A stretch of 64,000 bases of DNA from the NCBI GenBank assembly GCA_964016885.1, contig OZ024741.1, positions 146,940,001 to 147,004,000 on the forward strand. Direction: 5' to 3'. A program made the translations under genes and the position numbers. The notes below the pieces were generated by a model. It did no database searches, had not been told where the DNA came from, and saw only the letters and a list, made by a program, of their open reading frames with translations. Origin of the DNA: Eledone cirrhosa. Lineage: Eukaryota. The stretch's first letter is position 1; the number at the start of each line of letters is the position of its first letter. This document shows, one piece after another, positions 41,895-55,460 of this stretch.

Positions 41895-43495
41895 TTTCTT
41901 TATTGGCCACAAGGGCTGACATCAAGAAAAACATTACAGACGGCACAGGACGGTACGATGTGGGTTTTGTTCGTGTAAAGATTTTATTATTTATATAAGA
42001 AAAGAAAAAGAAAAAGACATAGAAACATATATATATATAAACAATAAAAATGAAAATTGAAACAATGAAAAATTTCCCAATAGGCGGGAAACCTCTGAGG
42101 GTTACTCGTGGCGAAAACCACACAAAAGACCATGGCCACCCTGACCACCAGGGCAAGCGCCCTCTCTCAAATTTTACATTTCTCAAACTACAGGCGTATA
42201 TTCAGAGCAGTCCCGTTCAGTCAGACCATTCTCACTACATTCGCCCACCTTTCAACAAACTTGCTAGAAGGCAGCACTTGCCTCTCCACCCTGATTTTCC
42301 TCTTCAAGTGAAACTTGAAAAAGTTAATTAGGGATTCGCCAAAGAGGAAAGTGTCTGTCTTTAACCCTTTTAACCTTGTCCATCACACAATCTCTTTCGC
42401 CATGGCCACCAGGCAAATGAAAACCGCCTGCCCTTCCTCCTCAAAGGAAGACGGCGAGACCATCTGCACAATGGACTCAGTCGATAACCAGATCAGTCCT
42501 ACACGCGACAGCAATTGTTCGACATAGCTCCACAAGTCAGCAATGCTCGGTCACTGAACGAGTGCATGCACAACGGTTTCGTCGCTCTGCGCACATCTCT
42601 GACAGGCTCAGCTGACGGCACTTCCGTGCCTGTAGAGCTTATCTCGAACCGGCAATGCTCCCTGGTAGCACTGCCAGGCCAGGGATTTTTGGAATTTATC
42701 CATAGACCCTGGGCTGAAAGTTCTCCGGAAGAGAGCAAACAGCTGATCTTCTTCGATGCCCAGGATCTCTCCAAAAACGTTGCCACTCTTCCCCTCCACT
42801 AGTCCTCTATAGAACGTCAAGGTGGATGTTCCACCGATACTGGTGCCCAGCTGGCAGAGGGCAGTGAGCGCCTGGTGGAGACATTCCAGTTTCCAACCGC
42901 TATCCCTCGGTCTTTTCCTGACCCAGGACTGCAGCTCCGTCAAGGAGACGAACTGTGGGAAAACGTGCCTGGTGAACGGCGACCACACCTGTTCACCGTC
43001 AAGGAAGCAACAGAGATGTCGCAGCCTCAGCACATGTTTGCGCATCATCAGCCATGGCATGTCCAGTCCTCCACACAATGGGTGTTGACAGCAGATGGAT
43101 CGTCTGACCATGGGAGCACGTCCCTTCCACAAAAAGCGGAAGAGGAGGCGCTCCATTTTGGTGAGAGTTGGGCCAGGGCAAGGGACGATGGTGAGACGGT
43201 TATAGATGACGGATGCAATGTACGCATTCGCCACCTCCACCCGGCCTTTCAGGGACAGCTTCCTCTCGGCCCATTTCTGGGTGAGGGAGTCCACCCTGCT
43301 CATCACCTCACTCCAGTTTTTCTCCATCTGGAGGTCCGGTCCGAACCAGACTCCAAGCAATTTAACCGGTCCGTTCAGCCAACGCCCCATGATGCTGTCA
43401 GACGACATGTACTTGCCTCTCCAGGTGCCGAGCTGCAAGCCCACCGACTTTTCCTGGTTTATCTTTGCTCCTGTCACCACTTCGTATTCCTTGTA
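41893..43495 (-). mobile_element. Tx1-clade LINE 3' fragment (RT thumb to zinc knuckle)
   Basis: ORF 42608..43504: TGAKINQEKS, KLLGVWF, LSLKGRV, GGLDMP, ALPVRDKL. (AAT)n tail. Confidence 0.92.
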
Positions 43496-45769
43496 TAGGC
43501 ACAAGGCCAGTAATTTATGGGGAGGGGAAAGTCAATTAAATCTACCACAGTGCATGACTGGTACTTTATTTTATTGACCCCGTAAGGTTGAAAGGCAAAG
43601 TTAACCCCAGCAGGATTTGAAATCAAAGCATAAAGGGCCACAATTCTATGCTGCGAAGCACATTGGCTGATGCTCTGATGACACTGCCAATCTTAATAAT
43701 AATAATAATGAAAAGGGAAAAAGGGATGTACTACAGTAATATAGATTTTACTTTACAATATGATAATAGTGTGAACGCTAAAGAAACAGATAAGATTAAA
43801 AGTATCCGTTCTCTTTTGTTAAACAACTGAGAACACTTTTGAGATATGTGAGTGGAAGTTATCGATGTTGTCAGAGAAGTAAAGAAAACAATGCCAAAAC
43901 AGCTGTTCAAGAGATGCAGAAATATTGGAAACAGCTAAATTGTAAAAAATATTGTCATCTCCTATTCTTCATGATATCATTGTGAGTTGACAAGAATTCA
44001 TCATCACCACCACAGTTGTTTAATGCCCTTCATATCTACTAAATCACATGACATAATTCCAGTGACAGAATTAATGCAAAACTTTGTTGTAATGATCATA
44101 GTATTATCATCATAACAATCATCACAATCATCATGATAATTTTATGCTTGCTTTTCATGCTAGCAAGGGTTAGACAGGTTGTCGTAATTCATGGTTGTTC
44201 TTATTCAGAGTTACTGCCCTCCTAGACAGGTTGCTGGACCATGTCATATTCTTATGCTTCATTTTGGCATGGTTTCTATAACTGAATGACCTTCCTAATA
44301 ACAACTACTGGGTACATTTTATTGTGGTTGCAACACTAGTGAAGTTTTGTTCACTGCTAGGCTAAACAAATAATAATAATAATGATTTATGATTTAAGCA
44401 CAAGACTAACAATTTTGGAAAGGGGAAGTCGATTAAATTGACCTCAGTATGTTATTGATACTTTATTTTATCAACCCTGTAAGAGGTATATGAACTCAGG
44501 TTACAGATTAAAATATTTACTCTAAGACTAAATGTATGTTTATTACATGTAAATATATTGTATATGGGCTTATATATCTGTATAAAATACACTCTATAAA
44601 GTGTTTGGTGTTAGGAATGAGAACTAGCCATAGAAATCATGCCAAAAATGGAATAAATGAGTAAGGCATGAGTTCTTCCTTGATCTGTCTAATCTCAGAC
44701 TATGACAACCTGTCCAACAATGATTATAAGAATAAAACAATGAAATCACAGTTTAATATTAAGAGCTGACTATCCAATCAACAAGACAAAACAATAGTGC
44801 AAATAATTTTAGGTTGTGTAGATCTTATAAAATCAGAATATATTCATGGACATGAACTGTGTTGGCAGCTATACCCACTAGTCAACATGTCAATTCTTTA
44901 ACATGAAAACCAAAAAGAAGTTATAAAAATATGTAGATAACACAATACATGACAACAACAATCTGGCTACAATAATCTGAAGCATACATGTCAGGGAAAA
45001 CCATTTAAATATAATTTTGAAGGTAAGAATGAGAATTTCTGTGCTTTGATAGAGATCTCAATACCTTGCAACAAACATCATCAACATCATCTTCATCAAA
45101 CGTATTTTCCATGTTGTCATGGGTTAGATAGGCTGGCATGGTTGGAAACTAGATAGGTCAAAGGACCAGGCCTTATTCGTATGTTTCCTCTTTGTCTACA
45201 GTTGGATTCCCTTCTTAATGATGACCACATTACAGAGTGTACGGGGTACTTTATTGGGGCAGCAGCTTTACAAAGTACTTAAAACGTAAAATTAACATAA
45301 TCTGGATGTTGAGATGGACATCATTATATTTTACTGCTTTGACGCATAGAATTATGGCCCTTTCCATTCTGAGTTCAAATCTCGCCGAGGTCAACTTTGC
45401 CTTTCATCCTTACGGTCGATAAAATAAAGTACCAGTAATGTACTGGGTAATTGCTGGCCTTGTGCCAAAAGTAGAAACAATTATATTTTACTGCAGTAAC
45501 AGACAGCCACAATCCTCCTCCATCAATTGCAGCTCTTATAATCAGTTGTGGTACCATGTTTGGGTGATTAGCTTTAGTTAACTGTAGGAGGAATTGAACT
45601 CTGAACACAAAGTGCTGGAACAGCTGCCACAAAGTATCCCATTCATAACATTAATATTTAACCCATACTTTAATTTATCAACCCTGGAAGGATAAAAGTC
45701 AATGTTGACTTTGGTGAGATTTGAAATCAAACTATACAGATAATTGTTTGATGTTACCATGCAAAGAAT

Positions 45770-46625
45770 TTATGACCAAATCAAGGGATAAGAAAGGATG
45801 GATGACTTAACAAATGGGAACTTGAAGCAATTAGGGGGAAGATGAGAATAGAAAATGTAATAGTAAATGTTGTGTTGAAAGGTTAAAAACAGTGGACAAC
45901 TCTCAGGTGAATGAACAGCTTGAGTCTGAGATAAAAGTGCAGAGGGAGCGAGAGAAACATATTGTTAAATTACTGTAATGGATTCAATGAAAACCAAGCA
46001 GTGCTGTGAAAAATTGTTCTAATCATGGTAAAAATTTTGGTGGCGAAATTTGTTTAAGAAATCTGATAGAATTACACTGGAGAAGATAACAACAAAATTA
46101 AATAGAATTATCCCTCATGTGAACAAACAATTTAACTAAAATCAACTACTTGCTAAAAGAGCTAATGTATGAGTGGCATGGTGGAGAAGCTAGGCTAGAA
46201 AGGCATCACAAGGGGGATTGGGAGGCAAGAATCATGGTGGAAGAGGGGATTTCAAGAATACAAGGGGATGTACAAGTATTGAAATCTGATGTAAATTTAT
46301 TGAAAAGCTAAAGGAAAGCTCAACTGAAATGGCCAAGGGAAAAGTATTTTGATTTAGAAAGAAAATACAGCATAACAATAACTGTTGTTGTGGAAATTAA
46401 ACAGAGGTTTTTAATCAAATCACCAAAGATTAAAAGATATGAACAAAGAATAAACCAACACATACAAAACAGTATATTCCATATGGACCCAAAACAGATA
46501 TGTATATGAAATAAAATGGCAATATAAGTCAGGAATAGGTGATGGAAGATGAGCAGGAAAGTACAAAGTTCTGGAGAAAAATTGGAGTGTAGATAAAATT
46601 CATGTTACTGAATCTGAATGGTGAA
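45770..46625 (+). mobile_element. R4/Dong-like retrotransposon, pre-RT region, decayed
   Basis: DLERKY...EIKQRFLIKSPKIKRYEQRINQHIQNSIFHMDPKQ...KFWRK...EW. Confidence 0.6.
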
Positions 46626-49590
46626 CTCTTTCACTACCATATTTCCAATGACATACATTAGTATCATCATCATCATCACCACTACCTCCACATCTATTTC
46701 CTATGCTTGTATAGGCTAAATTTGCCATGTTCCATAACAAGACCAGTCAGGAGAACATGTCTTGCTCATATATTCCATTTGGCTTGGTTCTTATGCCTCG
46801 CTGCCCTTCTTAACCCCAACCATTTTTTACTGCCCTTCAATTGGTTAATGAAGAACTTGGAGAGATTTACTAAAACCATTAATTATACCGTTATTTGTAA
46901 CAAATTATTCTTAAATAAAATTATTTTGGAAGATTCTAATTTAAATAGAAACCCTTTAAAATGTGTGGTTTTGTTTCATATAACCAGAGGCAGTTTAGTC
47001 CAAGTTGGTACCAAAATATTTGATTTGATGGAAATTTAGCTGCTATATTTAGCTGGTTGAGTGACCAGCTAGAAGTTTCTCCATTGGCCTCCTTATAAGG
47101 TAGAATGATTTAGATGTCCTTTGAATCCAATTCAATTCAAAAACAATATTAATTTTATAATAATATTTGACAGATCAGAGTGTAGTGTGGAAGGGAAAGT
47201 AAATATAATGAATAAAAGAAAGAGAATGTTTGCTTAGTTGAGCAAGATTCATAGCAGAGGAATGGAATTAATTTGAAGGTCATTATCTATTATTTGCATT
47301 TCAATGAATGGTGAAAATAAAAATGTCAGATTCCATAATTAATTAATTTTAAAATGTTGAATCACTCTTTACGTTTGAGCATAAAATAAAACTAATGTTT
47401 ATTCAAGAATTATGTGTGAACTCACTGCCATCATTCAACTCTAAGCTGGCAAAAAACCAAAGAATCAATAGAAAAAATAAAGTGGCAAACCATTATATTA
47501 ACAGTGTGGCCTTTCTGTAGATCTATTAGGAATAATATAGATATCCTCTACCACACCATGTTTGCTAATTCAACAATTTGAAATTTGGCAATGCAAAAAT
47601 AATTTAAATTGTGGCAGCAAGTTGTGAAGATTAAAGATCGAAAATTCTTAATGTGTTACAATTCATAATTGGATAAATTTCAATGGCATCCATAAAGAAA
47701 ATGAGTTTATAATGTCTACCAGTTGCTATTTTGTGTCATGTTATTCTTCAGTCATGAAAAGTAAAAACAATGGTGATTTAAAACAATGAGAAATTAATAA
47801 ACAATAAATATTTTGATTGATGGCTTTTCAAATATATTCGTTTTTTGTTTTATTTTTTTTTTTGTAATGGGTTGGTGAACAGAGGAAAGAGTAGATTAGT
47901 AATACTGCATTGTCATTATTATATTAAATGTGTTTCATTGAGAAATTTATATTTGGGAACTGTAAATGGAACGAGATTGAAATATGTGTGCAAGTTCACT
48001 TTAAATATTTTGCTTTAATATTGACATATGGTTTAGAATGGAAAAACTATTTACCTCAATGTAATCACATCGAGAATTTGTAGCTTTGGGAATGTAGTTT
48101 AGAAGCTTGTGTACTGCCAGCTGTATTAGGTTTTTACTCATAACAAAAATACTTTAGAAAGAGTTAAAAACAAAGTCTATCCTAAACCAAGAGATTCAAA
48201 AAGTCAGAGTTTATCCCGGTTTTCATCATCATCATCATTGTTTAACGTCCATTTTCCACACTAACATGGGTTAGACGGGTTGTCTCATTTGAGGCAAGTT
48301 GGGTCAGGTGACCATGTCTTACTCATATAGAACTGTTTCTGGCTAGGTTTTTATGGCTCATGACTCCTACATGACCACATTACAGTGAGTGATGGGTGCT
48401 TTTTATCATGACTCCTACCCAACCACATTACAGTGTGTGCTTGGTGCTTTTCATCGTGACTCCTACACAACAACTTTACAGTGTGGGCTGGGTGCTTTTT
48501 GTTGTGACATGGGATAGTCATGTCTGGATTTCTTTTTGATCATGTGTGCTTATTCAGTGTTTGAATTCAGGGACAGTTTAACCATTAAGCAAAATAAGAT
48601 ATGTATTGGGCATCAAAATGACTTAATCAGGCCCAGGATGACTTGAACATAAAACAACAACAACAACAACCATATAGGAATCACAAATAGTTGAGTTAAT
48701 AGGGTGTTGGACTGTTAACCAAAAAGTGATCAATTCATGTTCACTCACCAGCATTACATTGGGCTCATTGCAAAGATGCTTGTCTTTTAATACTCCAAAC
48801 CACATTGGTGTCAATAATTACCACCTTATAAAACAGCTCATTGCTCAAAGCAAGAAATGGAATGTCGTAATTATTAATATTTCTGTGACATTAAAAGTAA
48901 ATGTAGTGAGAAACTGAACACTACTATGTTTGGCATTTAAACAGAGACAATGCAGAGTCTAAGAGGCCTCTTCAGTCTGGATGATCACGTGACAACTTCT
49001 AGTGCAGGTACCATGATAAAACGCACCCACTCCATGTTTGTAAAGTAGTATTGCTGGTGCCATGTTAAAATGCACCCAGACCACTCAGTAAAGTAGTATT
49101 GCTGGTGTCATGAAAAAACACATCCAGTACACCCTGTAAGATGATAGGTGTTAGGTAGAGCATTCAGCCATAGAAACCATGCCAAATACGAAGCTACCTG
49201 AATGATCACGCCTCAGAAAATCACAACCTGTCCAACTAATGCCAGTGAGGTAAGTGGACATAAAAACGTTAATGATGATGAGAAGGAGTATGATAGTGTG
49301 TAGTACTGAGTCTAAGAATTTTCTATTTGTATTTAATATTGAAAACAAAGAAATTATAACTATCAGCAGGCTGACTTACTCTTGTTACACTACATGAAGT
49401 GGTCTTCCAATCACTTAATATATTATAGAAAAAACATCCCTAATATCAGACATTCATAAAGTTCTAAATGTTGTTTAACTCTTTCATTACTATATTTCTA
49501 ATGAAAGATAGTCTTTCGCTTTTAAATAAACCTGCAAATAATCAAGAATTTGGAGGGGTTTTGTGAAATAACTAACATTTTCATTATTAA

Positions 49591-49747
49591 CTCTTTTGAT
49601 AACAACCCACCCAAAACTGCCTCTCGTCCTTTGACATTTTAATGGGTTCCTATTTAAATTAAAATCCTCCAAGGCTGTTTTTACATAAAATAAACTGTTT
49701 TGTATCATAGAACCAGGGTAATTTCAAGCAGTTTAGTATCAAAAGAG
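49591..49747. mobile_element. piggyBac-type MITE, 157 bp
   Basis: TTAA|CTCTTTTGATA...TATCAAAAGAG|TTAA. Related ends near 47010, 50380, 54945 and 62705-62900. Confidence 0.8.
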
Positions 49748-51104
49748 TTAACTACATAAAGGACACTAACAGAGGTGTTTTACCGAAATAAATTTGGGAA
49801 TCAGATTTTGCATTGTTTTCTAGCTGACAGATAAACTTTTATTTTCTTTAATGTGTCATAGATAATATTGAAACTTGTGTGATGGAACCGAAAACCTACT
49901 AGAGTACTGTACTAACAGAATTGTTCCTAACTCTTTCATTACCATATTTCTAATGAATATCACTGCCTGTGAGTTTCAAATCATTTTCGAAATAATCCAA
50001 ACTTTGAAAGGATTTAATAATATAACTAACTTTTTCATTATTTACTCAGAAAAACAACAGAAAATATCTAAAAATAGGCTTGTTAATTCAAATACTTATA
50101 TCTTTGCTAATGAACAGATTTATGTGAAAATTTGCAGTAAACTAGACTTTAATTTTTAATGTGATATAGACTCAGTACTGTTTGTACTTTTCAAGAATAT
50201 TTTGTAAATCAGTTTTATGTGGTACAGGATGTGAAGCATTAACCAGATGTTGGCAACAAAACGAAGGTTTTTAAATTAAATTATAATGAAATGTTTCTAG
50301 ATAAACATGAACATTACAAATCAAACAGTTTTGTATAGTAGAACCAGGAAAAATCTAAGCATTTTGGTATCAAAAGGGTTAAGAGTTCAAATTATGCTAA
50401 AGTAGGGTCAATAAAAAATATAAAGCAGTTACATACTAAATTGATTCAATTGAATCTTCTATAGAAATGTGTAGCCTTGTGCCAATATCAAGAATCAATA
50501 CTGAAACTCTTGCCAAAATATCAGAGAAATTATAAAGAATTATTTTTAGATCAAATGACACTTCAAACTGGTTTTTGAAAATATTTAAGATAAGAATATC
50601 TTTTGCCAAATCAATGAAATCATTGATGGATTGGTGCCATTACAAGAGAGAATTTACAATTTTCTAGATATAAGTAGATGATGAGCCAGTCTAAAAACAA
50701 TTCAGCAGTAATAGCTGTCTTAGGAATTTAAATTATGGGTTGAGGTAAATCATTGTGTTACCAATTTATAGAAGTGAGCATTGTAACTTTCTGAGTCATA
50801 AAACTATCACTTAATATGAGAAATCATTCTCTAAATTGCTATCTTTATAGAATTTGAACTGAGAAATTCAAACTAAAACAAAACATTTGTTGATAATACT
50901 GCTACTGCTGCTGTCTTACAGAAGGAGGTTGTGTTCTTCTGTGGTACTAATTTACAGCCATGTGGATTTTGATATTTGAAACTTAATCCTTTTATTACCA
51001 TATTTCTAATGAAAAACCATGTATGATTTTCAAATTGTTTTGAATTTCTAATGATCAGATATAGAGTTAGATTGCAAGCTGTTGAAACATTAGTCACTTT
51101 CCAA

Positions 51105-51262
51105 TAGGTTTGTCTGGCATTCTCTGTCCCTGAATCACCTTCCTACTCACTTCTATCAGGACAGAGTTGACCACCCACAGAAGTGAGGCCTATGAGCTTG
51201 AATGGCTATTTCAATGCATCTCCCTTATTATCCTCGGGGGTAACACTCTCTATTCTGTCTGC
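51105..51262 (+). mobile_element. CRE-clade RLE fragment
   Basis: LTTHRSEAYELEWLFQCISLIILGGN, homologous to 63470-63560. Confidence 0.7.
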
Positions 51263-53019
51263 TGGAACCATGAGCTTGCACTGTGGATTCTGCACACCAG
51301 AGAAAACTCTCCCACACTGTCTAGGCAGGTATCATTAGATGATATAGGTTGCTACATTCTATAGCATCTGTCATCACACACACAAGGGTTTTACATATCT
51401 ATGACATTTAATTTCTCCACCAACAGCCTATTCTTGAATTTTATCCCATTTATACTATAAATGCTCAAGAAGCAAGGAATAAGGAACACTCTATTTTCTA
51501 TAACCTACTATAAATTTTAGTTCATTTGCCAAATCAAAACAAAATGTCATTCCTTTGTTTCAAGTATTTAAATTGTCTTATAATCTCTGTAAAATTTCTC
51601 TTGTATTCTCAGAATATGAATTTCATGTTATTTTCTGTTTGAATAATTTCATAAGATTAGAAGTTGTGGCTTCTGCGCATCTTTTGAAAACATAAGTATC
51701 CTAAGTAAATAGTCTTCATGAAATATTGAAACTGCTTGAAGATTCATTTCTTCAGAATCTTATTTATAACTATGAAATGTTCACCACCTGATATTTGGTA
51801 AAAAGAAAAAATATATATATATTTTCTGATAAATTCAAATATTTTAATAAATTAGTTTTCCTGAAAAAAGTTTGAATTTTGTATAACAGGGTATGAATCA
51901 ATATTCTAATTTTTGTAATAAATAGTCTAGGTGGTTCAACTTAAAAGAATTAGATGTAGAATTGCTTTTATCATTCTTGCACGGGTTATAAAAGGCCTGG
52001 AGGTTATTCAGATTTCATAACTCTCTCTAGACATAATGCCAGTCTGCCACAGAGCTTGACTCCAACAGCTGCTACTGATGATGATACAAGTGAACTTGGA
52101 GTAGCATGAAATGTTATGTTTTGTTCAGTAACACCATGTGTCACCTACTCTGGAAATCAAACCCAAAACATTATGTAAGCTCAACACCCTAACCATTAAC
52201 CCACCCATCTTCACAGTTTCGAAGACACTGGTAAAAAGGAAGACTCCAATAATGATTTGAAGTGGAAGAGCAGACAATAAGGTCAATCCAAAAGCATTTA
52301 TTATAATTGAATCTTTCCAGCCTGTCTAGCCTAAAATGTTGTAGGAAATAAATATTTGCAGCTTTAACACTCAACTTGAATTCACTGCTAACATAAAAAC
52401 ATATACGAAACAACAAAATCATACAAAAAATTATCCTAAAAGCAAACAGAAAAAAAATTATCACTGATTTTAACAAACATTACTATTATCATCTATAATG
52501 ATTCTATTTTCAAGGAAGTACTAGACCATAAATGCAATCTTTGATTAATGTCTCTGGAAAATGATGCATATTTTGGGGTAATTTGAGGATGCAACCAAAA
52601 ATCAGTAATTGCAAAAATTTTTGATTTTATAAAACACCAGCTATGTGTTATAAATAAATGTTAGTTCACATAACTCTACATTACTATCATGACTTATATA
52701 ACTGTACATAGAATGTTCTCTCTTCTCTGTGTTAACAAACAGCACAAGCCCAAAATAACAATAAAGTTACCTTTATATTAAATTCATTAATTTCATATTC
52801 TTCACACATCCATGGATGTACTCCACATTTTCTTGGGGATACTTGTTGCTGATACAGATTCACACCAGATTAATCCAATATGGGGATTTTACTATATTCT
52901 GCCCATTGAATTTGTTGTGTGCAAGTTTTGTAACTACTTACTTGTCTCTAATAAATCAGAATATTTTATTATATGAAATGTGTCAGAAAAGAAACAGGAC
53001 TAGGATTGCAAATGTAATA

Positions 53020-53760
53020 TTTCAAAACTAAACTACAAATTCGAGTATAACACACTTTACCATCCTTCTTCACCATGCATCCATGACTCCAGGAATTTTC
53101 TGCAGCTCTAGCATCACAGCCCTTTTGATGGCTTCCGCATCCAGAAAACAGGGCCTTCTGATGGCCCATTTGATCTTGGGAAAAAAGTAAAAATCATGCT
53201 GAGCCAGGCCAGGTGAATACAGAGGTTGCTTCAGCAAGGTGATGTTCTTCTCAGCCAGGAATTGCCGGATGCTTAGAGTGTTGTGGGCTACTATATTGTC
53301 ATGGGGAAGCAGCCACAAATTATCCTGCTACAACTCTTCAAAATGCTGTCATGGTTCATGCCAAGCTCATTGGCAATCAGTCAATGATTGCCATGCACCA
53401 CTTGCTTCACACACTCAACATTAGCCCAATCCTGCTTTATGAAGGCCTTCCTCATTTGAGTTTGTCTTTCATGTCCTTACATTCCTCTTTGAAACTTTTG
53501 TGCCACTGAAAAGTCCATGAGCATGACAATGCTTCATCTCCATACACTTGCTACAGTATTCTGAGTGCTTCTGACAGAGATTTCCCCAGCCAGACCAGAA
53601 AATACAGGTGGGTTCGTTGCTCTGGGCCCATTGCTTGACTGCCCAAAATTGAGAAGCTCTTAACAAAAGCACATGAAAAAACATACAATGGCTTCAGAAA
53701 GCTGACATCGCAGTTATATACTCCTCGGATGTTATGTCACATGGTGACGCAACCCACTAA
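53020..53760 (-). mobile_element. mariner transposase remnant, internally deleted
   Basis: WLLPHDNIVAH...RQFLAEKNI...PLYSPGLAQHDFYFFPKIK (HDNA and YSPDLAP motifs); N-terminal HTH remnant at 53470-53630. Confidence 0.85.
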
Positions 53761-55400
53761 TCCATACCCCAGTCAAAGCTCACACAGCATACTACGTCCT
53801 GTTACTTAACCACCAGAAACAAATTAAAGACGCACATCTAATTTTAGAGAAAGTCATGAGTTCAATTCCTGGCAATATATGGTATTCTTGAACAAAACAC
53901 TTTATTTCACATTGCTCCAGATCTCACAGCTGGAAAAAATGAGTTGTATTTGTAATTGAAAGCAGCAGCCTTGTCACATGCTGTGTCACATTGAATCGTC
54001 CTGAGAATTATGTTAAGAGTACACCTCTGTGGAATGCTCCGTATATTAATTTCAGAAATGCTATTCCATTTATCAGAAATGATTCTAGTGAGATATTATT
54101 TTTAACATTCTTTTTGAGAATACAATAGTTTTTATATTATGTGAAATGCTGTATTATAAACCTTGTGTCACTATATTTACAATGTCAACAATTTTCACAG
54201 GAAATTTAATGGAGCATAAATCTTCAAATAACCCTGACTTTTGATGAAATTTGGTTTTAGTTGATATAGAAAAATCAGGTGCCACATTTAAAATGTTTTT
54301 ATAAGAAATCAAATATGAGCTAGGAACAAAAATATAAGACATAATTAAATAACTAAAACTCAAAACCGAATTATGTGAAAGACAGCTACAAAGATAAAAT
54401 TATGACACTTTACTATTTGAAGTTGAGATTAAAGATTTTTTTGCAAAACTTATACAAGACTTGCTTGATGGTTGGTAAGTTACTGTTAACTCTAAACATC
54501 TTAAAATGATTTAGCAGAAACTATCTAAAAGAAACAAGTATATTAATTCAAATGATTATAATATCTTTACTAGTGGACAGATTGTTGTGAAAATTTTCAG
54601 TAAATTAAAGACTTAAATTCTCAATGTGATGCAGCCATAGTTATGGTTTGAACTTTTCAAGAATGTTTTGCTAATATAGTTTCACGTGGTACAGGACGTT
54701 AAAAGTTACCAATCCACCTAAAAATCCACCTAAAAATGCCTCTGGTTCTATGAAATAAAAACATTCATGTTAAATGGTCACTATTTTAATTAACATCCTA
54801 GAACATAATTCGCTCTAAGAAATTTTTCTCAAGTTATGTTACAAATGACATCTTAATAATGAGATAATTCATAATTTTAGTAAATTCCTTCATCAACTAC
54901 CTCTTCATCAACTATTTCATTAGAAATATGGTAATGAAAAGGTTAATGTATGTTATCAAACCACTTGAAGCTGTTTTACAATACAAAACTGCTTTAAAAC
55001 TCTTATATTTATTTAAGGACCCTTCCATCATAATTTTATATATGAACCTTTAAGTTATGTTTCAAATTCCAGTTTAATAATGAAAAAGTTACAAATACCT
55101 TCAAATTCTTAATTATTTTAAAGCTGATTTTAAAATCATCAGCAAGGACTTTCATTAGAATTATAGTAAAGAAAAGGATAATGAATTATTTATCTACGAA
55201 AGCAAGAAGGATAGATGTAAATGCTACCAAAATAATTTGACTGTTTTCCTTAGAATCATACCACGTATGAATAGTTGATGCACTCAGTTTATAATATCAC
55301 CTGTGTAAAATATTTAATTTTAAAGATTATATTTTTAGAGCAAAAATGTACTTTTTCCAAACTTGGAAAAGAAGTTATTATTGAAGATAGTGTAGAAGAT

Positions 55401-55460
55401 CACGCCATCTAGCGTCGACTGTGAAGGCAGTCGATTAACTGCCCTTAGTTCTGACGTCAG
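55401..55460. promoter_or_regulatory. CTCF-like motif plus CRE palindrome in a CpG-retaining patch
   Basis: CACGCCATCTAGCGTC (reverse GACGCTAGATGGCGTG) at 55401-55416 and CTGACGTCAG at 55451-55460, in otherwise AT-rich, CpG-poor DNA. Confidence 0.5.

Noticed and set aside
48350-48510. Regularly spaced ~45-50-bp repeats (also 48995-49140), superficially CRISPR-like
   Set aside because: Tandem units of the RTE/SINE 3' tail (AAAAGCACCCA...CACTGTAA) without unique spacers; eukaryotic context, no cas genes.
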